The notes: a model not told the origin generated them from the sequence alone. Shown: positions 40,153-50,348, counted from the stretch's first letter. The stretch is DNA of 64,000 nucleotides from an uncultured bacterium (GCA_963780225.1 CAWAAX010000006.1:128001-192000), one strand, 5' to 3'. Made by a program: numbers and translations.

Positions 40153-41133
40153 ATGAAACGGATAGCCATACTGGGAACGGGTTCTTACGTTCCGGAAAAG
40201 ATATTGACCAATGCCGACCTGGAAAAGATAGTAGAGACCACCGATGAGTGGATAACCCAGCGCAGCGGCATCAAGGAACGGCATATTTCCGATGAGAAAA
40301 CGCCGACTTCCAAGTTATGCATCGAGGCGGCTCACAGGGCTTTGGAGGCTGCCAAAATAAAGCCCGAGGAACTGGATTTCATCCTGATCGGCACGATCAC
40401 ACCCGATATGATGTTCCCCTCCACCGCCTGCATAGTCCAGGCTGCTCTGGGCGCCAAGAACGCCGCGGCCTTTGACCTGGCGGCCGGATGCACCGGGTTC
40501 ATTTACGGGCTGGAGCTGGGCCGCTCCCTGATCATAGCCGATCCCAAGCGCAAAGTGCTGGTGATAGGGGCGGAGGAGCTAAGCAAGATCACCGATTGGA
40601 CCGACCGCGGCACCTGCGTGCTGTTCGGGGACGGGGCCGGCGCGGCAGTGCTGGGCGAGGTCGAGGAGGACCGGGGGATCTTGTCCACTTATCTTGGCGC
40701 CGACGGCAACCTGGGCGATCTTTTGTACATGCCTGGTGGCGGCTCGCTGAACCCGGCCACCCATAAGACGGTGGACGAAAAGATGCACTTTGTGAAGATG
40801 GCCGGCAACAAGGTGTTTCCCTATGCCGTCAGAAACATGCTGGAGGCCGCCACCAAAGCACTGGAAAGCGCCGGGATATCCAAAGAACAATTGAATCTAT
40901 TGATCCCGCACCAAGCCAACATCCGCATCATAGAAGCCATCGCCGAGCGGCTGGGAGCCGGGAACGAAAAGATATACATCAACATCCAGAAATACGGCAA
41001 CACTTCGGCCGCCTCCATACCCATCGCCTTGGACGAAGCGGTGCGGAACGGCAGGATCAAGAAAGGCGATTTGATAATGCTGGTGGCCTTTGGGGCAGGG
41101 TTCACCTGGGGCGCGGTGCTGATACGCTGGTAA
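40153..41133 (+). CDS. fabH: 3-oxoacyl-ACP synthase III
   Basis: AAGCTGF, LFGDGAGA, PHQAN, YGNTSAASIP, FGAGFTWG. Confidence 0.97.
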   Translation: MKRIAILGTGSYVPEKILTNADLEKIVETTDEWITQRSGIKERHISDEKTPTSKLCIEAAHRALEAAKIKPEELDFILIGTITPDMMFPSTACIVQAALGAKNAAAFDLAAGCTGFIYGLELGRSLIIADPKRKVLVIGAEELSKITDWTDRGTCVLFGDGAGAAVLGEVEEDRGILSTYLGADGNLGDLLYMPGGGSLNPATHKTVDEKMHFVKMAGNKVFPYAVRNMLEAATKALESAGISKEQLNLLIPHQANIRIIEAIAERLGAGNEKIYINIQKYGNTSAASIPIALDEAVRNGRIKKGDLIMLVAFGAGFTWGAVLIRW

Positions 41134-41144
41134 ACCTATATAGC

Positions 41145-41585
41145 TTGGGACGCAGACTTCGGCGTGAGCTCAGTCGAACGCTGAACGCAGATCAAATCGA
41201 TTTTAAATACAAAGACCTTACGGAAAAGATCATCGGTATTTTTTACGGGGTTTATAATAAACTCGGGTATGGGTTTCTGGAAAAAGTTTATGAAAACGCA
41301 ATGATGATAGAATTGCGCCGGGCCGGTATCGAGGCAAAGGCACAAATGCCGATCTCGGTCATGTACGATGAAGCAACAATAGGCGAATATACGGCAGACA
41401 TCCTGGTTGAAAATCAGGTAATTGTTGAGATCAAGGCAGCCAAGGCATTATTGTCGGACCACGAAGCGCAGTTGCTTAATTATCTAAAGGCCACGAAGAT
41501 CGAGGTAGGACTATTGGTAAATTTCGGTCCAAAGCCTGAAATCAGAAGAAGGGCATTTGATAATAAAAGAAAAAATCTGCGGTAA
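41145..41585 (+). CDS. GxxExxY protein (PD-(D/E)xK-like); start uncertain, probably disrupted
   Basis: LGYGFLEKVYENA, ADILVE..VIVEIKA, AQLLNYL, GLLVNFG. Flanked by inverted 9-mer repeats. Confidence 0.88.
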   Translation: MGRRLRRELSRTLNADQIDFKYKDLTEKIIGIFYGVYNKLGYGFLEKVYENAMMIELRRAGIEAKAQMPISVMYDEATIGEYTADILVENQVIVEIKAAKALLSDHEAQLLNYLKATKIEVGLLVNFGPKPEIRRRAFDNKRKNLR

Positions 41586-41622
41586 TCAGCGTTAATCAGC
41601 GTCCAAATAAAAGAGGTAAAGT

Positions 41623-42561
41623 ATGTCCAAGATAGCATTCATATTTCCCGGCCAGGGCGCCCAGTACGTGGGAATGGGGAAGGACCTGTTCGAAAACCAT
41701 CCGCTGGCCAGGGAGGCCTACGAAAAGGCCAACGAAGCCATCAAGTTCGACATCACCAAGATCTGCTTCGAGAGCACCCCCGGCGAGCTGAGGATGACCC
41801 ACAACGCCCAGCCGGCCATTTTGATACATTCCATCGCCGCCTTCAGACTTTTGGAAAAAGAAGGCATCAAGTTCGATTATACCGCCGGGCACAGCCTGGG
41901 CGAGTACTCGGCGCTGGTGGCGGCCGGGGCCATTGCCTTTGAGGACGCCGTGCGCCTGGTGCGCATCCGCGGCTCGCTGATGGCCATCTCCGGCGACATC
42001 CAGCCCGGCACCATGGCCGCCATTTTGGGTCTGGATCCCAAGGTGGTGGAGCAGTTATGCTACGAGGCCCGGGAATCGGGCATCGTGGAAGCCGCCAACT
42101 TCAATTCTTCCGAGCAGACCGTGATCTCGGGCGAGGTCAAGGCGGTGGAGAAGGCCATGGAGCTGGCCAAGGCCAAGGGGGCCAAGCGGGCTGTCCAGCT
42201 GGAGGTCTCCGGCGCCTTCCACTCGGAGCTGATGGACATTGCCCAATACGGCATGAGAAGGGCATTGAATCAGATCACAATAAAAGAGCCGGCCTGCCCG
42301 GTGATCGCAAATGTCTCGGCCGAGCCGGTGCACAGCCCGGCCACCATCAAGGAACTGCTGATAGAACAGGTGAAGAAGCCGGTGCGCTGGGAGGAGTCGG
42401 TGAAGAAGATGGCCGCGCTGGGAGTGACCACCATGGTGGAATGCGGCCCGGGCCGGGTGCTGAAGGGGCTGATCAAGCGGATAGCTCCGGAGATCAATGT
42501 GCTGAACGTGGAGGATTCAAAGACCTTGGCAGAGACGTTGGAAGCGCTCAAAAAGGTCTGA
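41623..42561 (+). CDS. fabD: Malonyl-CoA-ACP transacylase
   Basis: FPGQGAQ, GHSLGEY, VSGAFHS, ECGPG. Confidence 0.97.
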   Translation: MSKIAFIFPGQGAQYVGMGKDLFENHPLAREAYEKANEAIKFDITKICFESTPGELRMTHNAQPAILIHSIAAFRLLEKEGIKFDYTAGHSLGEYSALVAAGAIAFEDAVRLVRIRGSLMAISGDIQPGTMAAILGLDPKVVEQLCYEARESGIVEAANFNSSEQTVISGEVKAVEKAMELAKAKGAKRAVQLEVSGAFHSELMDIAQYGMRRALNQITIKEPACPVIANVSAEPVHSPATIKELLIEQVKKPVRWEESVKKMAALGVTTMVECGPGRVLKGLIKRIAPEINVLNVEDSKTLAETLEALKKV

Positions 42562-42603
42562 AAATGTTATTGAGGTTAATTCAATAAAAAATAAGGTGTT
42601 AAA

Positions 42604-43071
42604 ATGTCTGACAAAAGTTTTGGAGATCTTCTAACATTATTGACAAATAACTCTACTACTGCTAAACAAACTTATGAAGATAAACTTGAGAAGGCAGTAG
42701 GGATAGATATTTATAAGTATGTTTTATTAATCAATATAAATGCGCTTGAAGGGTACGTAGCACAAGCAAGATTGCAAGCACAACAAAGTTTTAATCTAAG
42801 TAAAAATATTGCTATTACTGGTTTTATTATCATTTCCTCAGCTATCGTGCTTAGTATAATTTACACTTTAATAGGTAATGTGAATCTTAATGCGGCTTAT
42901 TTAGCAGGAATTGCTGGTGTTTTGACAGAATTTATTTCAGGTATATTTTTCTTTCTTTACAGTAAAACTTTAACTCAAATAAATTTATTTCACGATAAAC
43001 TTGTAGACATGCAAAAAACGGCACTTGTTCATATTGCTGATGCCAAACAAGAAAATAAAGTTAATAGTTAA
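42604..43071 (+). CDS. AT-rich two-TM protein resembling the TRADD-N-associated membrane domain
   Basis: Y..QARLQAQQSF, TM, IAGVLTEFISGIFFFLY...FHDKL. Much lower GC than its neighbours. Confidence 0.65.
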   Translation: MSDKSFGDLLTLLTNNSTTAKQTYEDKLEKAVGIDIYKYVLLININALEGYVAQARLQAQQSFNLSKNIAITGFIIISSAIVLSIIYTLIGNVNLNAAYLAGIAGVLTEFISGIFFFLYSKTLTQINLFHDKLVDMQKTALVHIADAKQENKVNS

Positions 43072-43166
43072 ATATTGCGGCATCATTTGATTTGTAATTG
43101 TGAATTGAAATGTGTTGAATGTTATCAGAAAACGGTACGTAAAATACAGTATTATAAAGGTTAATA

Positions 43167-43908
43167 ATGCAATTAAAAGATAAAAACGCCATCGTTACCG
43201 GTTCGGCCCAGGGCATAGGCAAATCAATAGCCCTGGCGCTGGCCAAGGCCGGGGCCAACATCGTGGTCAGCGATGTTAACCTGGAAGAAGCCGAGAAGAC
43301 CGCCAAAGAGATCGAGGCCCTGGGCCGGAAGGCCATTGCGGTTAAGTGCAATGTGGCCGATGCCGCTGAGGTCACGGAACTGGTCAAGAAAACGCAAGAG
43401 ACATTTGACACTATTGACATTTTGGTCAATAATGCCGGGGTGACCCGCGACAACCTGATGATGCGGATGGAAGAAAAGGACTGGGACCTGGTGCTGGACG
43501 TCAACCTCAAAGGCGCATTCCTGCTGACCAAGGCCGTTACCCGGATCATGATGAAACAGCGCTACGGGCGCATCGTCAACATGTCTTCGGTCATCGGCGT
43601 GATGGGCAATGCCGGGCAGTCCAACTACGCGGCGTCGCAAGGGAGGTTTGATCGCCTTCACCAAATCCACCGCCAAGGAGTTCGCCTCGCGCAACATCAC
43701 CTGCAATGCCATCGCCCCGGGATTCATCGAGACCGCCATGACCGCCAAGCTGACGGACGAGGTGAAGGAGAACTACAAGAAGGGCATCCCGCTGGGCCGG
43801 ATGGGCAGCGTGGAGGACGTGGCCAACGCGGTGCTGTTCCTGGTCTCCGAGCAATCGACCTACATTACCGGCCAGGTTCTGCACGTGGACGGCGGATTGG
43901 TGATGTGA
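43167..43908 (+). CDS. fabG: 3-oxoacyl-ACP reductase with one +1 frameshift near 43638 (probable sequencing error)
   Basis: TGSAQGIG, NNAG, NYAAS in one frame; KGGLIAFTKS...APGFIET...ITGQVLHVDGG in the next. Removing one base restores YAASK (246 aa). Confidence 0.9.
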
Positions 43909-43947
43909 CCCTTCGATTCCCCACGAAAAGGCACGAAACGACTAAAA

Positions 43948-44323
43948 TGTCATCCCTAGATTTCTCTCTTGCCGGACTGTTTGAGGCGATGCCCTGAGTC
44001 TGACTACAGTAGTAGGGAATCGAAGGGGATGGCCTGTTCACCCTTCGATTTGCAAGGCAAGGAGCAACGCCGCTTCGACAAGTTCAGTGCAACGCTCAGG
44101 GTGACAGGGCTGGTTGTCATTCTGAGAATAACAGATTTCCTTGCTTTCGAAGAATCTACTTTGTTCATTAGTCAGACCCTTCGTAAGGCAAACATGCAGC
44201 AAGTCTCAGGGTGACGATGGGGCAGTGATGTCATAGAGAAAAACATAGCGTTTGGACGACCGAAGAAAGACGACAAAGAGCATACTTCGATCTGTAAGGC
44301 GGGATGCCGCGCTCAGTATGACA
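43948..44323. repeat. Cluster of three degenerate TGTC-tagged REP-like hairpins
   Basis: Units of TGTCAT..CTGAG..CGAAG ... CTTCG..CTCAG(G/T)(G/A)TGAC at 43948-44106, 44115-44215 and 44229-44323. Confidence 0.7.
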
Positions 44324-44403
44324 ACCGTGACAGCAGGATAAGAAATCAAGCAAATCAAACATACCAACAATTAAATAAACTACTTGAAAAGGAGGTGAAA
44401 CAA

Positions 44404-44652
44404 ATGGCAATAATTGATGATGTCAAGAAGATCGTCATCGACCGGTTGGGCGTGGACGCTTCGCAGGTGACCATGGAGGCCTCGTTCATCGAGGATCTGG
44501 GCGCCGATTCACTGGACACCGTGGAACTGGTGATGGCCCTGGAAGAGAAATTCGGGATGGAGATCCCGGACGACGAAGCCGAAAAGCTTACCAAGGTAGG
44601 CGTGGCGGTGGAATATATCGAAAAGAAGATGGCCGAGAAGGCCGGGAAATAA
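44404..44652 (+). CDS. acpP: Acyl carrier protein
   Basis: [27 protein letters not shown] points to the ATG at 44404. Confidence 0.97.
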   Translation: MAIIDDVKKIVIDRLGVDASQVTMEASFIEDLGADSLDTVELVMALEEKFGMEIPDDEAEKLTKVGVAVEYIEKKMAEKAGK

Positions 44653-44743
44653 ATACCCTGATCCCAAGCAGAAACAGGAGAGGCGCTTTTTAAAGCAGGC
44701 GCCTCTCCATACCAAAAACAACAACGGCAGATAGAAAAAGATT

Positions 44744-45985
44744 ATGAAACGAAGGGTTGTCATCACCGGAATGGGGGTCATATCCCCCGTGGGAAACAGT
44801 CAGGATGAATTTTGGAAAAGTCTGACCGAGGGCCGGAATGGGATTGGGCAGATCACCCGGTTCGACGTATCAAAATATAGCGCGCGGATCGCCGGCGAGG
44901 TCAAGAACTTTGACCCGTCCCAGTTCATAGACCGCAAGGAACTGCGCCGGATGGACCGCTACACCCATTACGCCATGGCGGCCGCCAAGATGGCCGTCGA
45001 GGATTCCGGGCTGAAGATCGAAGGGGAGCTGGCCGAGCGTACCGGGGTGATCATCGGCTCCGGCATCGGCGGCACCGAGACCTGGGAGGAGCAGCACACC
45101 AAGCTGATCCAGTCCGGGCCGGACCGGATCTCGCCGTTCTTCGTGCCCATGATGATCAGCGACATGGCAGCCGGGCAGGTCTCAATTGCCTTCGGGGCCA
45201 AGGGCCCCAACTTTGCCACGGTCTCGGCCTGCGCCTCGGGCGGCCATGCCATAGGCGAAGCAATGAAAAGCATCCAGACCGGCGACAGCGACGCCATGAT
45301 CTGCGGCGGGTCCGAGGCCCCGATCACCCCGCTGGCCCTGGCCGGATTCTGCGCCCTGAGGGCCCTGTCCCTGCGCAACGACGACCCGGAACACGCCTCA
45401 AGACCCTTTGACAAGGACCGCGACGGCTTTGTGATGGGCGAGGGCGCCGGGATCCTGATCCTGGAGGAACTGGAACACGCCAAGGCCCGGGGCGCCAAGA
45501 TATACGCCGAACTGGTTGGCTACGGCGCCAGCGGTGACGCCAATCATATGACGGCACCGGCCCCCGGAGGAGAGGGAGCGGCCCGGGCCATGAAAATGGC
45601 GCTGAGGACCGGCGATCTGAAGCCGGAGGATGTTGATTACATCAACGCCCACGGCACTTCCACCGACATGAACGACAAATATGAGACCGCGGCCATCAAG
45701 ACGGTGTTCGGAGAACATGCCAAAAAACTGGCTGTATCTTCAACCAAATCCATGACCGGGCATCTTTTGGGTGCAGCCGGCGGGGCGGAGGCCATCGCCA
45801 CGGTGCTAACCATCAAACACGGGGTCATACATCCTACCGTTAATTATACGACTCCGGACCCGGAATGCGATCTGGATTACGTGCCCAACAAGGCCCGGAC
45901 GGCCAAGGTCAGGGCAGCGCTTTCCAATTCATTTGGTTTCGGCGGACACAATGTTTGCCTGGCATTCAAAGAATTCATATCTTAA
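44744..45985 (+). CDS. fabF: 3-oxoacyl-ACP synthase II
   Basis: [42 protein letters not shown]. Confidence 0.97.
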   Translation: MKRRVVITGMGVISPVGNSQDEFWKSLTEGRNGIGQITRFDVSKYSARIAGEVKNFDPSQFIDRKELRRMDRYTHYAMAAAKMAVEDSGLKIEGELAERTGVIIGSGIGGTETWEEQHTKLIQSGPDRISPFFVPMMISDMAAGQVSIAFGAKGPNFATVSACASGGHAIGEAMKSIQTGDSDAMICGGSEAPITPLALAGFCALRALSLRNDDPEHASRPFDKDRDGFVMGEGAGILILEELEHAKARGAKIYAELVGYGASGDANHMTAPAPGGEGAARAMKMALRTGDLKPEDVDYINAHGTSTDMNDKYETAAIKTVFGEHAKKLAVSSTKSMTGHLLGAAGGAEAIATVLTIKHGVIHPTVNYTTPDPECDLDYVPNKARTAKVRAALSNSFGFGGHNVCLAFKEFIS

Positions 45986-46082
45986 TGTCTCACACTGTAC
46001 TGTAAGAACAGGATCAAGCGTTGCTTTAATCTTATTTTATCTTTGAAAAGTCAAACTTTCTAAAATCAATCCGGGTATCCAA

Positions 46083-46823
46083 TTGTTTAAAAAGTTATTC
46101 GGCGCCGGGGCCAAAAAACTTTCCCCGGAACGCCAACAGGCCCTGGACAAGATCCGGCAGAGGCTGGGGTGGAAGATAAAGAACCGGGAGTATTATCTCC
46201 AGGCCCTTAAACACCGTTCGGCCGCCGGGCGCCACATTGACTCCAACGAAAGGCTGGAGCTTTTGGGCGATTCGGTGCTGGGACTTTTGGTCTGCGAATA
46301 CCTCTACACCTCCAGGCCCAAGGATGATGAGGGCCAGCTGACCGAGATCCGGTCGCTGGTGGTCAGCAAGAAGATTTTGGCCAAGCTGGCCAAGGAACTG
46401 GGGGTGGGGGAACTGCTGGAGATGTCGCGGGAGGAGGTTTCTTCCGGCGGGCGTTACAAGGATTCCATCCTCTGCGACGCCATGGAATCGCTGATCGCGG
46501 CCTATTATCTGGATTCCGGCCTTAATGCGGTCAGGATATTCCTGCAAAAGACCCTTTTCTGGCAGATCATCCATCTTTCCAACAACGAGGCCTACAAGAA
46601 TTTCAAGGGCCTGCTCCAGGAATACATGCAGTCCCGCCGGGATGACCGCCCCGTCCGCTATTCACTGAAGTCGGACGCCGGCCCCGAGCATCACCGAACC
46701 TTTGAGGTGGAACTGAAGATCTCCCGCAAGCGCTACGGGCTGGCCCGGGCCGGCACCAAGAAGGAAGCCGAACAGCTGGCGGCCCAGCAGACCCTGGAAA
46801 AACTGAAGAGTGAAATCGGATAA
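46083..46823 (+). CDS. rnc: Ribonuclease III (TTG start)
   Basis: SNERLELLGDSVL, DAMESLIAA, dsRBD (KGLLQE...GPEH...KKEAEQ.AA). Confidence 0.95.
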   Translation: MFKKLFGAGAKKLSPERQQALDKIRQRLGWKIKNREYYLQALKHRSAAGRHIDSNERLELLGDSVLGLLVCEYLYTSRPKDDEGQLTEIRSLVVSKKILAKLAKELGVGELLEMSREEVSSGGRYKDSILCDAMESLIAAYYLDSGLNAVRIFLQKTLFWQIIHLSNNEAYKNFKGLLQEYMQSRRDDRPVRYSLKSDAGPEHHRTFEVELKISRKRYGLARAGTKKEAEQLAAQQTLEKLKSEIG

Positions 46824-46869
46824 ACATTTTGTCTTTCACAAATAAATCAAAAGGACAGCCAGAACCATC

Positions 46870-48033
46870 ATGATGAATTATTACCTGACCGAAGAACAGA
46901 TGATGATCAAGGACCTCTGCCACAAGATAGGGGTGGAGAAGATCAAGCCGGTGCGCGAGCATTATGACGAGACCGGTGAATTCCCCTGGGACATAATCAA
47001 GCTGCTGGCCGAGGCCGACATCTGCGGGGTCTATATCCCGGCGGCTTACGGCGGCCTGGGCGGCGGGGTGATGGAAATGGTGATCGCCACCGAGGAGCTG
47101 TCCCGCTTCTGCGGGGGCATCTCGCTGTCCTTTGCCGCCACCGGGCTGGGAACCTTCCCGATCATCCTGTTCGGCACCGAGGAGCAGAAGAAAAAATACC
47201 TGCCGGACATCGCCAGCGGCAAGAAACTGGGAGCCTTTGGCCTGACCGAAGCCAACGCCGGGTCTGACGCCGGCGGCATCCAGACCACCGCGGTCAGGGA
47301 CGGGGATTTCTTCGTGCTTAACGGCACCAAGCAGTGGATCACCAACGGCGGCGAGGCCGAGATCTATACCGTGGTGGCCCTGACCGACAAGGCCAAGGGC
47401 AGCCGCGGGGCCACCGCCTTCATAGTGGAAAAGGGAACGCCCGGTTTCTCCTTCGGCAAGAAGGAGAACAAGATGGGCATCAGGGCCTCGGTCACCCGCG
47501 AACTGGTGTTTGACAACTGCCGGATACACAAGGACCAGGTGCTGGGCAAGGAGGGCATGGGATTCCTGGTAGCCATGGGCACTTTGGACCGGACCCGGCC
47601 CGGCGTGGCGGCCCAGGCTTTGGGAATAGCCCAGGGAGCTTTGGACGAAGCGGTGAAGTATTCCCGGGAGCGGGTCCAGTTCGGCAAGCCGATCTCGGCC
47701 TTCCAAGGGGTGCAGTTCATGCTGGCCGACATGGCCATGAAGCTGGAGGCCGCCCGGTCGTTGGTCTACGCCACCGCCCGGATGATCGACTCCGGCGAGA
47801 AGAAGTTCGCCAAGGAAAGCGCCATGTGCAAGTGCTTTGCCTCCGACGTGGCCATGGAAGTAACCACCAACGCGGTCCAGGTGCTGGGCGGCTACGGCTA
47901 CATGAAGGAATACCCGGTGGAGAAGATGATGCGCGACGCCAAGATCACCCAGATCTACGAGGGCACCAACCAGATCCAGCGGACCGTGATCGCCTCCAAC
48001 CTGATCAAGGAGGCGGCCGGAGGCAAGGAATAA
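46870..48033 (+). CDS. Acyl-CoA dehydrogenase (butyryl-CoA dehydrogenase-like)
   Basis: FGLTEANAGSDA, LNGTKQWITNG, RVQFGKPI, GGYGY, IYEGTNQIQR. Confidence 0.95.
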   Translation: MMNYYLTEEQMMIKDLCHKIGVEKIKPVREHYDETGEFPWDIIKLLAEADICGVYIPAAYGGLGGGVMEMVIATEELSRFCGGISLSFAATGLGTFPIILFGTEEQKKKYLPDIASGKKLGAFGLTEANAGSDAGGIQTTAVRDGDFFVLNGTKQWITNGGEAEIYTVVALTDKAKGSRGATAFIVEKGTPGFSFGKKENKMGIRASVTRELVFDNCRIHKDQVLGKEGMGFLVAMGTLDRTRPGVAAQALGIAQGALDEAVKYSRERVQFGKPISAFQGVQFMLADMAMKLEAARSLVYATARMIDSGEKKFAKESAMCKCFASDVAMEVTTNAVQVLGGYGYMKEYPVEKMMRDAKITQIYEGTNQIQRTVIASNLIKEAAGGKE

Positions 48034-48052
48034 GGGGACAGGGTCTTCGCTT

Positions 48053-48088
48053 TAATAGCCCAGCCGTAAATGGCTGGGCTATTATTGT
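48053..48088 (+). terminator. Palindrome, probable terminator or REP half
   Basis: TAATAGCCCAGCC-GTAAAT-GGCTGGGCTATTA then TTGTTTT. Confidence 0.65.
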
Positions 48089-48242
48089 TTTCGATTAAAC
48101 CTTTTGCCGGTATCCGTGGTCTAATGTTTATAACCATATTACCCTTAAACGGTCTTTCCCTTAGGCGCTCGTTACCCTCCAGGGCGGGTGCTTTTGGCGA
48201 AAGGCCGTTAGTTGATTCCCTATAGAATTATTTTGAGCCCTC

Positions 48243-48271
48243 TTGACATTTTCGGGCTTATTGGCTATAAT
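48243..48271 (+). promoter_or_regulatory. Consensus sigma70 promoter of the tetR-tolC-macAB operon
   Basis: TTGACA, 17 bp, TATAAT. Confidence 0.85.
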
Positions 48272-48296
48272 AGAACTGACCAGTCAGTTCTATTAT
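48267..48296. promoter_or_regulatory. TetR operator
   Basis: Perfect 14-bp arms ATAATAGAACTGAC-CA-GTCAGTTCTATTAT over -10/+1, directly upstream of tetR. Confidence 0.85.
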
Positions 48297-48316
48297 CTAT
48301 TTAACAAAGGCAGGGA

Positions 48317-48889
48317 ATGAGAACCACCACTGACCTCAAACGCCAGGAAATCCTCAAGGCCGCCGCTGTGGTGTTCGCCAAGAGGGGATTCCAAAAAACG
48401 CTGATGGAGGACGTTGCCGGGCAGGCCGGCATCGGCAAGGGCACCATCTACCGGTACTTCAGCAGCAAGGATGACCTGTATTTCAGCATCCTGGATCAGA
48501 CAGTGGAGGATCTATTAACCTGCCTTTCCCAGGACCTTAAAAGCAAAGCCTCGCCAGAGCAAAAACTAAGGAAGATGATGTCGGATATGGCAGGCCTGCT
48601 GATAACCAACCGCTCCTTGATGGTCCTGTTACACGAGATAGAAGGAAGCAAGATAAAAACCAGGCACGCCCAGTTTAAAAGAAACAATGCCAGGATCGAT
48701 AACCTGGTGGCAGGGGTGATAGCTGACGGCATACGGCAGAAATTATTCAAAACAGGCGATCCCCGGTTCATGGCGGTGCAACTGGGATTCATGGTAAAAG
48801 TGGCGGTCATGGAATTCCCCGGCAAAATGAAGGATTATTTGGTGAACCAGATCATGGATACATTTTTGCACGGCATAAGCAATAAATAA
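48317..48889 (+). CDS. TetR/AcrR-family regulator
   Basis: ILKAAAVVFAKRGF...VAGQAGIGKGTIYRYFSSKDDL. Confidence 0.93.
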   Translation: MRTTTDLKRQEILKAAAVVFAKRGFQKTLMEDVAGQAGIGKGTIYRYFSSKDDLYFSILDQTVEDLLTCLSQDLKSKASPEQKLRKMMSDMAGLLITNRSLMVLLHEIEGSKIKTRHAQFKRNNARIDNLVAGVIADGIRQKLFKTGDPRFMAVQLGFMVKVAVMEFPGKMKDYLVNQIMDTFLHGISNK

Positions 48890-48981
48890 GAAACTTTTCC
48901 GGTCTGTTTGGCGTAATATCATAGTATCTCCAGTTTTAAAGATAAAACCTATAATCACAAAATGGATAAAAATAGAACAAA

Positions 48982-50256
48982 ATGAGGAAACTGTATCTTT
49001 ATTCTTTAGCGCTCTGCCTAGCCTGGGCAGGTCTGGCCAATGCGGCTGACTCCCTGACAGTGGAACAGTGTGTTTCCCTGGCTTTAAAGCAAAGCCCGGA
49101 GCTTAAAAAGGCCCAGGCCAACCTGAGCCTGGCCGGCGCCTCGTTGCAGGGTTCGGTGGGAACCATCCTGCCGCATCTGTCCGGCAGTTCCAGCTATACC
49201 CAGAGGGGTCCGGCCACCATTGACCAGAACGGTCATTACGATACCTACAGCACCGGCCTCAGCCTGGGAATGAGCCTGGTGAATCTGTCCGGCTGGGCCG
49301 ATATCACCGGCACGGCGCTGGCCCGGCAGTCGGCCGGAGCAGCCTACCAGCTGGCGGTGGCTTCGCTGGTGTACCAGGTAAAACAGGCTTTTTACGGCCT
49401 GGCCAACCAGGAGAAGGCCCTGGAAGTGGCCCAGTCATCGGTCAAACAAAGCGAAGAGCAGGCCAAAAGGGCCGAAGCCATGTATCAACTCGGCTCCTTA
49501 AGCCGGGCGGATATGCTGAAGATCCAGGTCAGCTTTATCCAAAGCCGGGTGAACCTGCTTTCAGCTGAAAGCAGCCTTCTAACGGCCAAGCAAACGCTGG
49601 CCGGCCTGCTGGGCCTTTCGGGCGAAGTGGCCATAGACCCAAAACTGGAGTTCCCGGATACCACCAAGATGAAGGCGGTCAGCGACACCATCGCCGAATC
49701 CGAGCTGGAACAGAACCCGGCCTACCGTCAGGCCCGGAAGAACAGCCAAAGCAAGAAAGCCGGGTTATGGTCGGCCTGGCTGGGCCGTCTGCCATATCTT
49801 TCCGGCTCCTACAACTACGGTTATTCCGATTCCCGCCAGTTCAAGGATGGATCCGATTGGGCCGATCACGACTCCTGGAGCGCTTCTCTGGCCCTGAACT
49901 GGAATATATTCGACGGGGGCATTGCCGAGGCCGGCATCCGGCAGGCTGCGGCCCAGGCCAAATCGGCCGAAGCCGATTTTATTTCGGCCCGGCAATCGGT
50001 GTACTCCGAGCTTAAGCAGGCCAAGCTCAGCCTGATGATGTCGCGGCAGTCCCTTGGGCTGGTGGCCGACCTTTTGCAGCAGTCCTCCGAAGACTACAAA
50101 CTTACCACCGAAAAATTCCGTCTGGGTTCGGCCTCGGTGCTGGACCTTTTATCCAGCCAGCTTACCTACAATCAAGCCCAGCAGCAGGCAACCAGCACCT
50201 TATGCGATTATTACCTTTCCCTGGCCAGGATGGACAAAGCGTTGGGAAAGTGGTAA
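48982..50256 (+). CDS. TolC-family outer-membrane protein
   Basis: Signal peptide, CVSLALKQSP, WNIFDGG, GSASVLDLL. Confidence 0.9.
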   Translation: MRKLYLYSLALCLAWAGLANAADSLTVEQCVSLALKQSPELKKAQANLSLAGASLQGSVGTILPHLSGSSSYTQRGPATIDQNGHYDTYSTGLSLGMSLVNLSGWADITGTALARQSAGAAYQLAVASLVYQVKQAFYGLANQEKALEVAQSSVKQSEEQAKRAEAMYQLGSLSRADMLKIQVSFIQSRVNLLSAESSLLTAKQTLAGLLGLSGEVAIDPKLEFPDTTKMKAVSDTIAESELEQNPAYRQARKNSQSKKAGLWSAWLGRLPYLSGSYNYGYSDSRQFKDGSDWADHDSWSASLALNWNIFDGGIAEAGIRQAAAQAKSAEADFISARQSVYSELKQAKLSLMMSRQSLGLVADLLQQSSEDYKLTTEKFRLGSASVLDLLSSQLTYNQAQQQATSTLCDYYLSLARMDKALGKW

Positions 50257-50348
50257 GGACTGGTCTTCCCGGGGATAGACAGGATTTACAGGATTTTGCG
50301 GATTTAAAAACATTACTACCTTCGAAATATAATTTCAGGAGCGGCCAA

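Noticed and set aside
43640..44214. C-terminal extension of the 276-aa fabG ORF and the 81-aa ORF at 43969-44214
   Set aside because: Products of the frameshift and of translating REP-like repeats.
46603..47706. Long minus-strand ORFs (367 aa here; also 52516-53265, 56875-57690, 62955-63767 and others)
   Set aside because: Antisense shadows of well-supported GC3-rich + strand genes, with no recognisable motifs.
50202..50348. N-terminal 49 aa of the MacA-like ORF
   Set aside because: Overlaps tolC and crosses a 9-mer repeat; AGGAG plus GTG at 50349 gives the normal N-terminus.
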